The notes under the pieces were generated by a model. It was not told where the DNA came from and made no database searches. It saw only the letters and a list, made by a program, of their open reading frames with translations. DNA of 64,000 bases from NCBI GenBank assembly GCA_048263945.1, contig JBLXDQ010000004.1:229975-293974 (forward strand), read 5' to 3'. Position numbers and translations under genes: made by a program. Shown here one piece after another: positions 1 through 10,267 of the stretch; the first letter of the stretch is position 1; every line of letters starts with the position of its first letter. The stretch comes from Epibacterium sp. GTDB lineage: Bacteria > Pseudomonadota > Alphaproteobacteria > Rhodobacterales > Rhodobacteraceae.

Positions 1-212
1 CCTTGATTTTGGCTGGATCGCGGCGAAAGGCACGCTAAGTATGGTGAATTGATCGTTCTGATCTCCGATGAGCTCCTGTGTTTTGGCCCGTCGGACATCC
101 TCTGAAATAGTGAGCTTGGTCTTGCCCTTGTTACGCGGGGCAGTCATCAAGAGCAGGCTGCTAACGGAACGAGAACCGAGGCCTCGTATGAATAGGTCTC
201 ACTTTGGTAGCG

Positions 213-956
213 ATGACGCAGGCGGTGAGTAGTTACATGTTAAGACGGCAGAACCTGAATGCGATCCTCGAAATGATTGAGGGGGCGGCGAACCTTGAAG
301 AGGTGGCCGACATTCTCCACCGCTTTCGCGAACTTCTGGACATTGAACATGTAATTTACCGCTGGGTAGACCGCTCGGGCAGTATCAGTGGCTGTTCAAC
401 CCTGCCGACCGCCTGGCAAGACCGCTATAACGCGATGAGCTATCACCGGATCGATCCGGTGGTGATTGGCTGCTATACCGCATTTCATCCCGTCGATTGG
501 CGCGATCTCGATTGGTCGTCGCGGATGGCCTCGGCCTTTCGCAAGGACTCGCTGGCCTTTGGCGTTGGCTCGCAGGGCTATAGCGTGCCGGTGCGCGGGC
601 CGAATGGGCAATATGCCGTCTTTTCGATCACCAAGACCTGCGATGGCGAGACTTGGGACAAGTTCACCCGCAAGAACAGCCGCGATCTGATCCTGGTGGC
701 GCATTACGTGAACCGCCGGGCGCTGGATTTCGAGATGTCGTTTTATCCCCTGCCGGAACAGCCCCTGTCGATGCGCGAGACCGAGGCGATTTCGCTATTG
801 GCCGAGGGGCACAGTCGCGCCCGCGTCGCCGAGATGCTGGAGATTTCCGAGCATACGCTTCGGGTCTATATCGAAGGCGCGCGCGGCAAGTTGCAGGCGC
901 AGAACACCACCCATGCGGTCGCCCGCGCGGTGGCGATTGGCCTGATCTCGCTCTAG
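213..956 (+). CDS. luxR: LuxR-family transcriptional regulator (autoinducer-binding domain + HTH), no adjacent luxI
   Basis: ORF 204..956, ATG at 213 taken as start. AHL-pocket residues are present (W..RY, DPVV, VDW, QGYSVP), as is a C-terminal LuxR HTH (LSMRETEAISLLAEG...ISEHTLRVYIEGARGKL). Confidence 0.9.
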   Translation: MTQAVSSYMLRRQNLNAILEMIEGAANLEEVADILHRFRELLDIEHVIYRWVDRSGSISGCSTLPTAWQDRYNAMSYHRIDPVVIGCYTAFHPVDWRDLDWSSRMASAFRKDSLAFGVGSQGYSVPVRGPNGQYAVFSITKTCDGETWDKFTRKNSRDLILVAHYVNRRALDFEMSFYPLPEQPLSMRETEAISLLAEGHSRARVAEMLEISEHTLRVYIEGARGKLQAQNTTHAVARAVAIGLISL

Positions 957-1022
957 CGGTTTTGGGCGGCGGGGATGCGCTTGCCACTGGTGCCTTTTGG
1001 CGCCCCGCTATAGGGTCGCGCC

Positions 1023-2567
1023 ATGACAGAGACAGCTGCCCTCCAACTCTCCGATGATCAGGTCCATGCCTTTGATGCGCTGACAGAACAGCTGCGTCAG
1101 GCGGGGATCGACTTGGGCGAGGAGCTCCTGCATCCGCCGCGTGGTGAGACCGGTGTTTCGGCCGTGATCGGCAAGGCGGGCTCGGGCAAGACGCTCTTGC
1201 TGGCGGAGTTCTACAAGGCCCTGGCGGCCGCTGGGGTCGAGGTGGTTTCCGGCGATTACGAGAGCCGCAAAAAGAGCGAGGACAAGCGCACGCTGGCGAT
1301 CCTGGCGCCCACCAACAAGGCGGCGAGCGTGCTGCGCCTGCGCGGGGTGCCCGCGACCACCATTCACCGCATTCTTTATACCCCCGTCTATGACCCGGAG
1401 TTCGAGCGCATCGCCGAATGGCTGGCGGGCGAGGGGGAGCAGCCCTCGATCGAGGGGCTGACCGAGGAGGCCTTGGCCCGGGCGCAGGCCTTTTACGAGA
1501 AGAACAAGTCGATGCCCGGCGCGCTGGCGGCGGCGGGGCTGCGTGGGTCGGACTTCATCACCGGTTGGAAGCGGCGCGAGGAGCCGTTGGATATCGGCTT
1601 TGTCGATGAGGCCTCGATGCTGGACAATCGCCAGTTTGAGGACCTGAAGGAGATTTTTCCGACGCTGGTTCTGTTTGGCGACCCGGCGCAGCTGGCTCCG
1701 GTGAACCAGTCGGGCTCGATGGTGTTTGAGGACCTGCCGGAGGAACGCAAGCTGATCCTCAACCGCATTCACCGGCAAGAGGCGGATAACCCGATCCTCG
1801 ACCTCGCCCATGCGCTGGCGGACCCCCAACTGGGGTTCGAGGATTTTGAGCGCATGGTCGAAGAGGTCGCCCGCCGGGATGAGCGAGTGGTCTGGGGTCA
1901 AAGGGTCGAGGTCGACCTGATGGCGCGTTCCCCCGTACTAGTCTGGCGCAACAACACCCGCATCCGGCTGATCAACGCCTTTCGCGCGGTGCATGGCGCC
2001 CCCGAGGACGAGCTGTTGCCCGGCGAGCCTTTGATTTGCGACGGGTTGGAGCTGCCGCTGAAGCACCGCAAGAAACGCCTCGATCTGGAGGCGCGCGGGC
2101 TTATTAAGGGCGCGCAGGTGATCTACCTCGGGCCCGGTCGCAAGCCCGGGTTTTCGCGGCTGCATGTGATGGGGGCGGAGGACCCGCAGGTCTCTGCCGC
2201 CTCGATTGTGAAGATCGAAAAGCCGGAGGAGGAAGAGCCGTTTATCCCCTTTGCCGCGCGGATGGGGGCGACGTTTCTGCATGGGGCGGCGGTGACGATC
2301 CACAAGGCGCAGGGCTCCCAATGGGAGACCGCGCAGGTCTTTGCCCCCGATATTTACGCCGCCGCCCGGATGGGGCGGGTGGAGGCCGGCCAGCCCCTGT
2401 GGAAGCGGCTTGCTTATGTGGCAATCACCCGCGCGCAGGAGCGGCTGATCTGGGTGGTGCGCAATCGACTGGCGAAACCCACCGGCCCGCTGCCGGTGGA
2501 TGATCTGCGTCAGGTGGCGGCCCCGACCCTGACTTTGGAGGCGCAGGAAGAGGAGCCGAGCCTATGA
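1023..2567 (+). CDS. RecD-like/Dda-type superfamily 1B ATP-dependent helicase
   Basis: Walker A GKAGSGKT, APTNKAA, TIHR, Walker B DEASM, FGDPAQL, IHRQ, TIHKAQGSQW, YVAITRA. Confidence 0.88.
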   Translation: MTETAALQLSDDQVHAFDALTEQLRQAGIDLGEELLHPPRGETGVSAVIGKAGSGKTLLLAEFYKALAAAGVEVVSGDYESRKKSEDKRTLAILAPTNKAASVLRLRGVPATTIHRILYTPVYDPEFERIAEWLAGEGEQPSIEGLTEEALARAQAFYEKNKSMPGALAAAGLRGSDFITGWKRREEPLDIGFVDEASMLDNRQFEDLKEIFPTLVLFGDPAQLAPVNQSGSMVFEDLPEERKLILNRIHRQEADNPILDLAHALADPQLGFEDFERMVEEVARRDERVVWGQRVEVDLMARSPVLVWRNNTRIRLINAFRAVHGAPEDELLPGEPLICDGLELPLKHRKKRLDLEARGLIKGAQVIYLGPGRKPGFSRLHVMGAEDPQVSAASIVKIEKPEEEEPFIPFAARMGATFLHGAAVTIHKAQGSQWETAQVFAPDIYAAARMGRVEAGQPLWKRLAYVAITRAQERLIWVVRNRLAKPTGPLPVDDLRQVAAPTLTLEAQEEEPSL

Positions 2568-3301
2568 CGAAATCCATTCTTGTGACCGGCGCCAGCTCCG
2601 GTATCGGCCGGGCGGTGGCGGAGCTGTTCCTCGCGCGCGGCTGGACGGTCGGCCTGTTGGCACGGCGCGCGGATATGCTCTCGGAGATCGCGGCGGGTCA
2701 ACGCCGTGCCGTCGTGCTGCCTGCGGATGTCACTGACCCGCATGCGGTGGAGGCGGCATTTGATCGTTTCTGCGCCGAGGCCGGTCGGATTGATGTCCTG
2801 TTCAACAATGCGGGCATTTTCACCAGCCCCGGCACGATTGACGAAATCGCGCTCGAAGACTGGTATGCTTCGGTCAATGTGAACCTCACGGGCATGTTCC
2901 TCTGTGCGCGGGCCGCTTTTGCTCGGATGCGCCATCAGGACCCGCGCGGCGGGCGGATCATCAACAATGGCTCCATCGCGGCTCATGTGCCGCGCCCCAA
3001 TTCCGCGCCCTATGCGGCGACCAAATCGGCGATCACCGGCCTGACAAAATCCATCTCGCTGGATGGCCGCGCCTTTGACATTGCCTGCGGGCAGATCGAC
3101 ATCGGCAATGCGCGCACCCCGATGGTGGAGGATCTGGCCTATCGCCATGCGGAGGCCAATCCAGACGCTGCACCGATGGAGAGTTTCGACGTGGCGGATG
3201 CGGCGCGCTCGGTTCTGCATATGGCGGAGCTACCGCTTGAGGCCAATGTGCAGTTCATGACGGTAATGGCGACCAAGATGCCCTATATCGGGCGCGGCTG
3301 A
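2564..3301 (+). CDS. Short-chain dehydrogenase/reductase
   Basis: TGASSGIG, NNAG and YAATK motifs; ATGA overlap with the helicase stop. Confidence 0.9.
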   Translation: MTKSILVTGASSGIGRAVAELFLARGWTVGLLARRADMLSEIAAGQRRAVVLPADVTDPHAVEAAFDRFCAEAGRIDVLFNNAGIFTSPGTIDEIALEDWYASVNVNLTGMFLCARAAFARMRHQDPRGGRIINNGSIAAHVPRPNSAPYAATKSAITGLTKSISLDGRAFDIACGQIDIGNARTPMVEDLAYRHAEANPDAAPMESFDVADAARSVLHMAELPLEANVQFMTVMATKMPYIGRG

Positions 3302-3321
3302 TCCGACTGTCGGCATAGAGC

Positions 3322-3430
3322 AGGGCGGGGGGATCCCGCCGATCGGCCCGGCGCGGGCGGATGCCCACGCGAGCGCCGCTCGCCGGGCCGGGCGCCGCCC
3401 TTTGCGGGTCGGCGCGGCGGCGCTCCGCCC
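3322..3430. repeat. GC-rich multi-hairpin REP-like element between convergent genes
   Basis: GGCGGG-GGAT-CCCGCC hairpin (3324-3340) and inverted repeat CGGCCCGGCG (3344-3353) / CGCCGGGCCG (3381-3390). Confidence 0.5.
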
Positions 3431-4195
3431 TTAGCGGTCGCGCAGCATTTGGAACAGAGCGGCAGCGCCCCAGCCGGAGATCATCGCGATCACCAGTGCC
3501 AAGAGGCCATAAAGCGCGGGCTGTTCGCGGGACAGGTTGAACAGGAACCGCTCCATGCCGACCTTGTTCACCTCGATCATCGTTTCATAGTCCGAGACCA
3601 CCTCGCCGCCGCGTGTGAGGAAAATACGGGTGCGATAATGGCCTTCGATCAGGTCGGCAGGCATTCGCATGGCGGTGCGGAACAGGGTCTGTTCATCGAG
3701 CGCCACTGCCTCTTCCTGCAGGCTGTAAAACCCGTTGTCCTCGCGAATGCGGATCAGGGCTTCGGTAAAGGCCTCGGTGCCTTCGACCGTTGCCCCGACA
3801 GAGCGGATCGCGCGGTTGATCGAGATCTTGTGGCGCAGATCTTCGGTGTCGGTCAGCACATCCTCAAATGGGGCAGAGGTGGCGACCGCATAAAAGCTGG
3901 GCGCGGCATCCACCGCGACGCTGTCCTTGTTTACCCAGATGCCAAAATCGCGTTCCTTGCGGCGCACCATCACCGGTTCCTTGGGGCCGGAGACGGTGAC
4001 GATCACCTCGAGCGGTGGTTCCACCGCGATGGGGCTTTCGCGCTTCACCGCGCCAAAGATCAGGATTTCCGAGCCGTCAAAGGTCGCGGTGATGGCGACG
4101 CGGTCTTGGCTGAGGCCCAGCACGACTTCTTCGGCACTGGCCGCAGAGGTGAGCCACAGGAGGGCGATGGGCAGGAGGCGAAGGAGCGCGCGCAT
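3431..4195 (-). CDS. TIGR02186-family membrane protein
   Basis: Signal peptide, EEVVLGLSQDRVAITATFDGSEILIFGA and a C-terminal TM helix; coupled to the upstream TSUP gene, the usual pairing. Confidence 0.8.
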   Translation of the reverse strand: MRALLRLLPIALLWLTSAASAEEVVLGLSQDRVAITATFDGSEILIFGAVKRESPIAVEPPLEVIVTVSGPKEPVMVRRKERDFGIWVNKDSVAVDAAPSFYAVATSAPFEDVLTDTEDLRHKISINRAIRSVGATVEGTEAFTEALIRIREDNGFYSLQEEAVALDEQTLFRTAMRMPADLIEGHYRTRIFLTRGGEVVSDYETMIEVNKVGMERFLFNLSREQPALYGLLALVIAMISGWGAAALFQMLRDR

Positions 4196-5118
4196 CAGTG
4201 GGCCGCCTTGCGAATAACGCTGAGGGAGTAGACCTCGTTCGGTTCGAGCAAGAGATCAAAGCCCAGCTTGACGCAGACCAAAAGCACGAGCAGCGCGAGC
4301 AGGATGCGCAATTGTTCCGCCTTGAGGCGGGTGCCGATCCTTGTGCCGAATTGCGCGCCCACCACACCTCCGACCAGCAGAAGGATCGCCAGCACGATGT
4401 CCACCGTCTGGTTGGTGATCGCGTGCATCATGGTGGTGGCGGCTGTCACGATAATGATCTGAAACAGCGAGGTGCCGATCACCACTTTGGTGGGCATCCC
4501 CAGAAGGTAGATCATCGCCGGTACCATGATGAAGCCGCCGCCGACCCCCATGATCGCGGTCAGCATCCCCACGAAGAGCCCCACCAAGACCGGCGGGATG
4601 ATCGAGATATAGAGGCCAGAGGTGCGGAAGCGGACCTTGAAGGGCAGGCTGTGCACCCAGCCGCGATGGTGTTTGCGCACCGGCGCGCCGCCGCGTTTGG
4701 ATTTGCGCAGGGCGTTGAGGCTCTCGACCAGCATTAGGCCGCCCACGATGCCAAGGAAGACCACGTAGCAAAGGGTAACGAAGAGGTCGATTTGGCCCAG
4801 AGATTTCAGATAGTTAAAGATCGCCACACCGATGGTCGCACCGATGAGGCCGCCAATTTGCAGCACTGCGCCCATCTTGAGGTCCACCGTGCGGCGCTTC
4901 AGGTGCGCCAGCACGCCCGACACGGACGACGCCACGATCTGGTTCGCGCCGGTCGCCACAGCCACCGCAGGCGGGATGCCGATAAAGAACAGGAGGGGCG
5001 TGAGCAAGAAGCCTCCGCCGACGCCGAACATGCCCGAAAGCACGCCGACCATGCCGCCAAGCCCGAGAACGACAAAGGCGTTCACGGCGACTTCGGCGAT
5101 GGGGAGATAGATGTTCAT
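4195..5118 (-). CDS. Sulfite exporter TauE/SafE (TSUP) family membrane protein
   Basis: Start MNIYLPIAE at 5118; duplicated GVGGGF motifs (SGMFGVGGGFLLTP, AIMGVGGGFIMVP) and multiple TM helices. Confidence 0.88.
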   Translation of the reverse strand: MNIYLPIAEVAVNAFVVLGLGGMVGVLSGMFGVGGGFLLTPLLFFIGIPPAVAVATGANQIVASSVSGVLAHLKRRTVDLKMGAVLQIGGLIGATIGVAIFNYLKSLGQIDLFVTLCYVVFLGIVGGLMLVESLNALRKSKRGGAPVRKHHRGWVHSLPFKVRFRTSGLYISIIPPVLVGLFVGMLTAIMGVGGGFIMVPAMIYLLGMPTKVVIGTSLFQIIIVTAATTMMHAITNQTVDIVLAILLLVGGVVGAQFGTRIGTRLKAEQLRILLALLVLLVCVKLGFDLLLEPNEVYSLSVIRKAAH

Positions 5119-5238
5119 GTCCCTGACTAGTCTTTTATTGGCTGGTGAATCAATAAAAATGCTGCCGCGCAGCATGACCCGGCTGAGGTTTCATAAAGCT
5201 TAGATCAGGCTTTTTGGGAAAGCGACCATCATGCGCAG

Positions 5239-5275
5239 AAAAACGCCCCCGCACTCAGCAAGTGAGGCGGGGGCG
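5239..5275 (-). terminator. Intrinsic terminator of the BMP-ABC operon
   Basis: Stem CGCCCCCGC (5244-5252) / GCGGGGGCG (5267-5275) next to AAAAA at 5239-5243, a U-tract on the minus strand. Confidence 0.7.
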
Positions 5276-5305
5276 CTACAGAGGCAAAGAGCGGAGAGGT
5301 GCGAC

Positions 5306-6313
5306 TCAGCGCTCTTTCACATAGGGTTCGCCGCCGGCGCGGGGCGGGATCGCCTTGCCGACAAAACCGGCGAGGATCACCACGGTCAGGATGTAGGGCA
5401 GGGCGTCCATGACCTGAACCGGGATGGTGACGCCGCCAAGCTGGATGCTTTGGAACCGCAGGGCGATGGCTTGCAAGAGGCCGAACAGCAGGCAGGCGCC
5501 AAGCGCGTGCCACGGGCGCCATTTCGCAAAGATCAGGGCCGCCAGCGCGATATAACCACGACCGGAGGTCATTTCCTTGACGAAGCCAGCTTGCAGGCCG
5601 GTGGCGAGATAGGCGCCGGCAATGCCGCAGAGCAGGCCGCAGATGGCAATCGCGGCAAAGCGCAGGCGCACCACGGAAATACCCGCCGTATCCACCGCCG
5701 CGGGGTTTTCCCCCACCGCGCGCAAGCGCAGGCCAAAGCGGGTGCGGAACAGCACCCACCAGGTGAGCGGCACCGCCAGCAGCGAGACATAGACGAGGAT
5801 CGAATGGCCGGAGATCAGCTCGGACCAGATCTGTTGCACTACATTGGCCTCGGCGATCATCTCGTTCAGCGAGCGGCCAGCGGCTTCGGCATCGGAGGGG
5901 CCAATGGCGAAGGGCAGTTCGATCCCGTTGAAGCGGCCTTCGGTCAGGAGCGACGGTGTGCGTCCCCCTTGCTGGAACCAGCTTTCGGCGATCAGCACCG
6001 TCAGACCGGAGGCGAGGAAGTTCAACGCCACGCCGGAAATCAGCTGGTTGCCGCGGAAGGTGATCGAGGCGAGGCCGTGCAGGCCGGAGAGCGCCATGGA
6101 GGCGGCAATCCCGCTTAGGAGGCCGAGCCAGACATTGCCGGTCACCGCAGCCACGGCGGCAGAGAAGAAGGCCGCCATCAGCATCTTGCCTTCAAGGCCG
6201 ATGTCGAAGATGCCCGCCCGTTCCGAGAACAGGCCCGCAAGACAGGCCAGCAAGAGCGGGGTCGCCATCCGAACGGTGCTGTCGAGCACCTGGATCAGGG
6301 TCAGCATATCCAT
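5306..6313 (-). CDS. ABC transporter permease (BMP/nucleoside-type)
   Basis: Start MDMLTLIQ at 6313 (TGATG overlap); SERAGIFDIGLEG, GLRLRAVGENP and GRGYIALAALIFAKW motifs. Confidence 0.9.
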   Translation of the reverse strand: MDMLTLIQVLDSTVRMATPLLLACLAGLFSERAGIFDIGLEGKMLMAAFFSAAVAAVTGNVWLGLLSGIAASMALSGLHGLASITFRGNQLISGVALNFLASGLTVLIAESWFQQGGRTPSLLTEGRFNGIELPFAIGPSDAEAAGRSLNEMIAEANVVQQIWSELISGHSILVYVSLLAVPLTWWVLFRTRFGLRLRAVGENPAAVDTAGISVVRLRFAAIAICGLLCGIAGAYLATGLQAGFVKEMTSGRGYIALAALIFAKWRPWHALGACLLFGLLQAIALRFQSIQLGGVTIPVQVMDALPYILTVVILAGFVGKAIPPRAGGEPYVKER

Positions 6314-7407
6314 CAGGCGTTCTCCTTCCGGAAGGCGAGGAAGATCTTCTCGATCGGCATCCGCACCATATTGTCGAGCGCGCCGGTGAAGAGGATCACG
6401 AGGGCCTGAATGACCACGATCAGCTCGGAGGGGATATTGGTCCACAGCGCGAGTTCAGCGCCGCCCTGATAGAGGAAGCCAAAGAGGATCGCGGCAAGGA
6501 AGACGCCAAAGGGATGGTTGCGGCCCATCAACGCCACGGCGATGCCGATAAAGCCCGCGCCTTCGGTGGCGTTCAGCACCAAGCGTTCCGCCTCGCCCAT
6601 CACGTTGTTGATCGCCATCAGACCGCAGAGCGCGCCGGAGATCAGCATGGTGATCATGATGATCCGCACCGGCGAGATGCCGGCATAGACCGCACCGCGT
6701 TCAGATTTGCCAAGTGCGCGGATCTCGTGGCCCAGCGGCGTGTGCCAGATCAGGGCCCAGATCAGCACACAGGCGGCGATGCCCACAAAGAGGGTCACGT
6801 TGGCCGGGGCGGATTTGGAAAACTCGATCCCGATGGGGGCGAGGATTTCATGCAGGGAGGGCAGTTGGGCGCTCTCTGGGAATTTCGCGGTGGCGGGATC
6901 CATCGCGCCTTTGGGTTTCAGCGCATTCACCAGCATGTAGTTCAGCACCGCAGCGGCGATGAAGTTGAACATGATGGTGGTGATGACGATATGGCTGCCC
7001 CGTTTGGCTTGCAGATAGGCCGGGATTGCGGCCCAAGCGGCCCCGAAAAGGCCTGCGCCAAGCGCGGCAAAGACCAACGCGATCGTCCAATGCGGGAAGG
7101 GGATGTAGAGGCAGACCAAGGCCAGACCCAGCCCTCCCAGCATCGCCTGACCCTCGCCACCGATGTTGAACAGCCCGGCATGGGCGGCAATCGCCACCGC
7201 AAGCCCGGTGAAGATAAAGTTGGTGGCGTAATAGAGCGTATAGCCCCAGCCATAGGTGGACCCCAGCGCGCCATTGACCATCAGGGTCAGCGCCTCGATC
7301 GGGCTTTCGCCGATGAAGAGGATCACCAGCGCGGAAATGAGGGCGGCCAGCAGGAGGCTGATCACCGGGATCAGCACCACATCGGCCCATTTAGGCATCT
7401 TATCCAT
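6313..7407 (-). CDS. ABC transporter permease (BMP/nucleoside-type)
   Basis: AGLFNIGGEGQ, GHEIRALG and GFIGIAVALMGRNHP motifs. Confidence 0.9.
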   Translation of the reverse strand: MDKMPKWADVVLIPVISLLLAALISALVILFIGESPIEALTLMVNGALGSTYGWGYTLYYATNFIFTGLAVAIAAHAGLFNIGGEGQAMLGGLGLALVCLYIPFPHWTIALVFAALGAGLFGAAWAAIPAYLQAKRGSHIVITTIMFNFIAAAVLNYMLVNALKPKGAMDPATAKFPESAQLPSLHEILAPIGIEFSKSAPANVTLFVGIAACVLIWALIWHTPLGHEIRALGKSERGAVYAGISPVRIIMITMLISGALCGLMAINNVMGEAERLVLNATEGAGFIGIAVALMGRNHPFGVFLAAILFGFLYQGGAELALWTNIPSELIVVIQALVILFTGALDNMVRMPIEKIFLAFRKENA

Positions 7408-8937
7408 TTACGCGGCCTCCCCCGCGACGCCGGCCATCAGGAGGCCGAGTTCTTTTTCGTTGGTCTCGGCAGCGGGGCGTTCGCCCATGATCTTGCCGTC
7501 AAACATCACCGCAACCCGGTCGCTGAGCGACAGGATCTCTTCCAGCTCCACCGAGACCAAGAGGATGGCCTTGCCCTGATCGCGCAGTTCCACGATCTGC
7601 TGGTGGATGAATTCGATGGCGCCGATGTCGACGCCGCGGGTCGGCTGGCCGATCAGCAGAAGGTCGGGGTTGCGCTCGATCTCGCGGGCCACGACGATTT
7701 TCTGCTGGTTGCCGCCGGAGAAGCTCTTGGCGGCGAGCCAAGGGTTCGGCGGGCGCACATCGAACTTCGCCATTTTGGCTTCGGTATCGGCGCGCAGGCG
7801 GGCGTTGTCGAGCAGCAGACCCTTTTGGTAATCGGGTTCGCGGTGATAGCCAAAGGCGACGTTTTCCCAAGCGTGGAAGTCCATGATGAGACCTTCGCGC
7901 TGGCGATCTTCGGGCACATGGGCGATGCCAGCGTGGCGACGCGACCGCGCATCAGAGCCTTGACCCGAGAGGGGCAGCGGCGCGCCATTGATGCGGATGG
8001 TGCCGGTGCCGGGGCGCATACCGCCCAAGACTTCCAACAGCTCCGACTGGCCATTGCCCGCAACCCCGGCGATCCCGAGAATTTCGCCCGCGCGCACGGT
8101 GAGGTCGATGCCCTTCACGCGCTGCACACCGGCGCCGTCCACCACCGAGAGGTTCTCGATCTCGAGGATCGGCTTGCCGGGAGTGGCAGGGACTTTATCC
8201 ACGCGCAACAACACCTTACGGCCCACCATCAGCTCGGCCAGCTGTTCGGGGCTGCTTTCGGCAGTTTTCACCGTGGCGGTCATCTGGCCGCGGCGCATCA
8301 CCGAAACCGTGTCGGTATATTCCATGATCTCGCGCAGTTTGTGCGTGATCAGGATGATGGTTTTGCCTTCAGAACGCAGACGGTCGAGAATGCGGAACAG
8401 CTGGTCGGCCTCGGCGGGGGTCAGCACCCCGGTGGGCTCGTCCAGAATGAGGATCTCGGCCTTGCGGTAGAGCGCCTTCAGGATCTCCACCCGCTGCTGC
8501 ATCCCGACGCCAATCTCGTCGATGCGCTTATCCGGGTCGACATAAAGCTCGTACTCTTCCTCCAGCTCTTTCAGCTCCTTACGGGCGCGTGAGAGCGAGG
8601 GCATCAGAAGACCGGAGTCCTCGGCGCCGAGCACGATGTTTTCCAGAACGGTGAAGTTTTCGACCAGCTTGAAGTGCTGGAAGACCATGCCGATGCCCGC
8701 CGCGATGGCGGCCTGGCTGTCGGGGATCTCGGTCTTTTGACCCTTGATCCAGATCTCGCCTTTGTCGGCTTTGTAAAATCCGTAGAGAATGCTCATCAGC
8801 GTGGATTTGCCCGCGCCGTTTTCCCCGATGATCCCATGGATCGTGCCGGGCTGGACGCTGATAGAGATGTCCTTGTTTGCCTGGACGGGGCCAAAGGCCT
8901 TGGAAATGCCTTTGAGTTCGATTGCTGGTGCCGTCAT
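7408..8937 (-). CDS. ABC transporter ATP-binding protein (double NBD, sugar/nucleoside type)
   Basis: [32 protein letters not shown]. Confidence 0.93.
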   Translation of the reverse strand: MTAPAIELKGISKAFGPVQANKDISISVQPGTIHGIIGENGAGKSTLMSILYGFYKADKGEIWIKGQKTEIPDSQAAIAAGIGMVFQHFKLVENFTVLENIVLGAEDSGLLMPSLSRARKELKELEEEYELYVDPDKRIDEIGVGMQQRVEILKALYRKAEILILDEPTGVLTPAEADQLFRILDRLRSEGKTIILITHKLREIMEYTDTVSVMRRGQMTATVKTAESSPEQLAELMVGRKVLLRVDKVPATPGKPILEIENLSVVDGAGVQRVKGIDLTVRAGEILGIAGVAGNGQSELLEVLGGMRPGTGTIRINGAPLPLSGQGSDARSRRHAGIAHVPEDRQREGLIMDFHAWENVAFGYHREPDYQKGLLLDNARLRADTEAKMAKFDVRPPNPWLAAKSFSGGNQQKIVVAREIERNPDLLLIGQPTRGVDIGAIEFIHQQIVELRDQGKAILLVSVELEEILSLSDRVAVMFDGKIMGERPAAETNEKELGLLMAGVAGEAA

Positions 8938-9025
8938 CGGGCCTCCCCTGTCACCTCATCGCCGGTTCATGCGCGCGAGACTGAGGCCCACGCATTATGA
9001 TCATGTTAAGAAGGACCGGGACGGG

Positions 9026-9066
9026 AAAAACCAAACCCGGAGGCCACGCAAAACGCGCCCTCCGGG
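9026..9066 (-). terminator. Intercistronic hairpin with U-tract after the binding-protein gene
   Basis: CCCGGAGG / CCTCCGGG stem followed on the minus strand by TTTGGTTTTT; typical of substrate-binding-protein mRNA stabilisation or partial termination. Confidence 0.5.
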
Positions 9067-9133
9067 CCATAAGGAAACGCCCCGGCCCGCCGGGCAAATA
9101 GCCTGTGGCGGAACGGGGCGCAGATCATGTCGA

Positions 9134-10129
9134 TCAGAAGTTCAGAGCCGGGCAGCTGTCGTCGCTGGTGTAGTCATGCACGCTCAGCTCGCCGGAGATG
9201 ATCTTGGCTTTTGCGTCCTCGACAGAGGCTTGCATTTCAGCGGTGACCAGATCGGCGTTGTTTTCGTCCATGGCGTAGCCCACACCGTCGTCAGACAGGT
9301 TCAGCGTGACTTTGCCCACTTCCAGATCTTCGCCTGCGGTCAGGATGTTGTAGACCGCAACGTCCACGCGCTTGAGCATGGAGGTCAGGACTTTGCCCGG
9401 GTGCAGGTGGTTCTGGTTGCTGTCGACGCCGATGGAGAGGATGCCCTCGTCCGCGGCGGTCTGCAGAACACCAACGCCGGTGCCGCCTGCTGCGGCGTAG
9501 ACCACATCAGCGCCTTGGGAGATCTGAGCTTTGGTCAGCTCGGAGCCTTTTACCGGGTCGTTCCATGCCGACGGGGTGGTGCCGGTCATGTTGGAGATCA
9601 CGGTTGCGTCCGGGTTCACCGCTTTGACGCCTTGGGCATAGCCACAAGCGAATTTGCGGATCAGCGGCACGTCCATGCCACCGATGAAGCCAACGGTGCC
9701 GGATTTGGAAGCTTCGGCTGCCAGCATACCAACGAGGTAGGAGCCTTCGTGCTCGGAGAAGCCCACAACGTGGACGTTCGGCGCGTCAACCCAGCCGTCG
9801 ATGGTGACGAATTTGGTGTCCGGGTAGTCAGCGGCCACTTCGGCCAGCGGAGCGGACATGGCAAAGCCGGTGGTGATGATCGGGTTTGCACCGGATTCAG
9901 CGAAGCGACGCAGCGCCTGCTCGCGCTGGGCTTCGGACTTCATTTCGATCTCGAGGTATTTGCCGCCGGTTTCATCCGCCCAACGCTTCGCACCGTTATA
10001 GGCCGCTTCGTTGAAGGATTTGTCGAATTTGCCGCCGAGGTCGAAGATCAGCGCCGGGTTTGCCAGAGCCGCGCCAGAGGTCAGCGCAAGGGCTGCTGCG
10101 GCGCCCATGAGCGATTTCATCAGGGTCAT
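9134..10129 (-). CDS. BMP-family ABC substrate-binding protein (purine/nucleoside-like)
   Basis: Signal peptide ending ALA; FDLGGKFDKSFNEAA, GFIGGM and IGVDSNQ motifs. Confidence 0.9.
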   Translation of the reverse strand: MTLMKSLMGAAAALALTSGAALANPALIFDLGGKFDKSFNEAAYNGAKRWADETGGKYLEIEMKSEAQREQALRRFAESGANPIITTGFAMSAPLAEVAADYPDTKFVTIDGWVDAPNVHVVGFSEHEGSYLVGMLAAEASKSGTVGFIGGMDVPLIRKFACGYAQGVKAVNPDATVISNMTGTTPSAWNDPVKGSELTKAQISQGADVVYAAAGGTGVGVLQTAADEGILSIGVDSNQNHLHPGKVLTSMLKRVDVAVYNILTAGEDLEVGKVTLNLSDDGVGYAMDENNADLVTAEMQASVEDAKAKIISGELSVHDYTSDDSCPALNF

Positions 10130-10198
10130 TCAGATACTCCCAGTTTTTCTTTTTCTGCCCCGCGTGGCGGGCGTGTCCATTTCAAAAAGGTGGAGCGA

Positions 10199-10240
10199 TT
10201 TAGCCTGCTGTGGCGCGGCGGGGTCAATCAAATTTTGACC
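10199..10240 (-). promoter_or_regulatory. Putative sigma70 promoter of the BMP operon with an overlapping palindrome
   Basis: Minus strand TTGACC (10227-10222)-N17-GCTAAA (10204-10199); palindrome GGTCAA-N7-TTGACC at 10222-10240. Confidence 0.5.
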
Positions 10241-10267
10241 ACCCGGTCCAAAAAACATGTATTTCCC

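Noticed and set aside
1023-2567. RecD-like helicase as part of a defence system
   Set aside because: It has no nuclease, methylase or other defence partner and lies in housekeeping-type synteny with luxR and an SDR.
5133-5158. TTTTATTG-N10-CAATAAAA palindrome upstream of the TSUP gene as an FNR box
   Set aside because: Only one TTGAT half-site and the wrong spacing; it may be some operator, but no regulator can be assigned.
6514-8592. Very long antisense ORFs (for example 6514..8592, 17877..19898, 34032..36194, 40110..42290, 61996..63966)
   Set aside because: They mirror well-supported genes on the opposite strand, have no family motifs, and are expected from high-GC codon bias.
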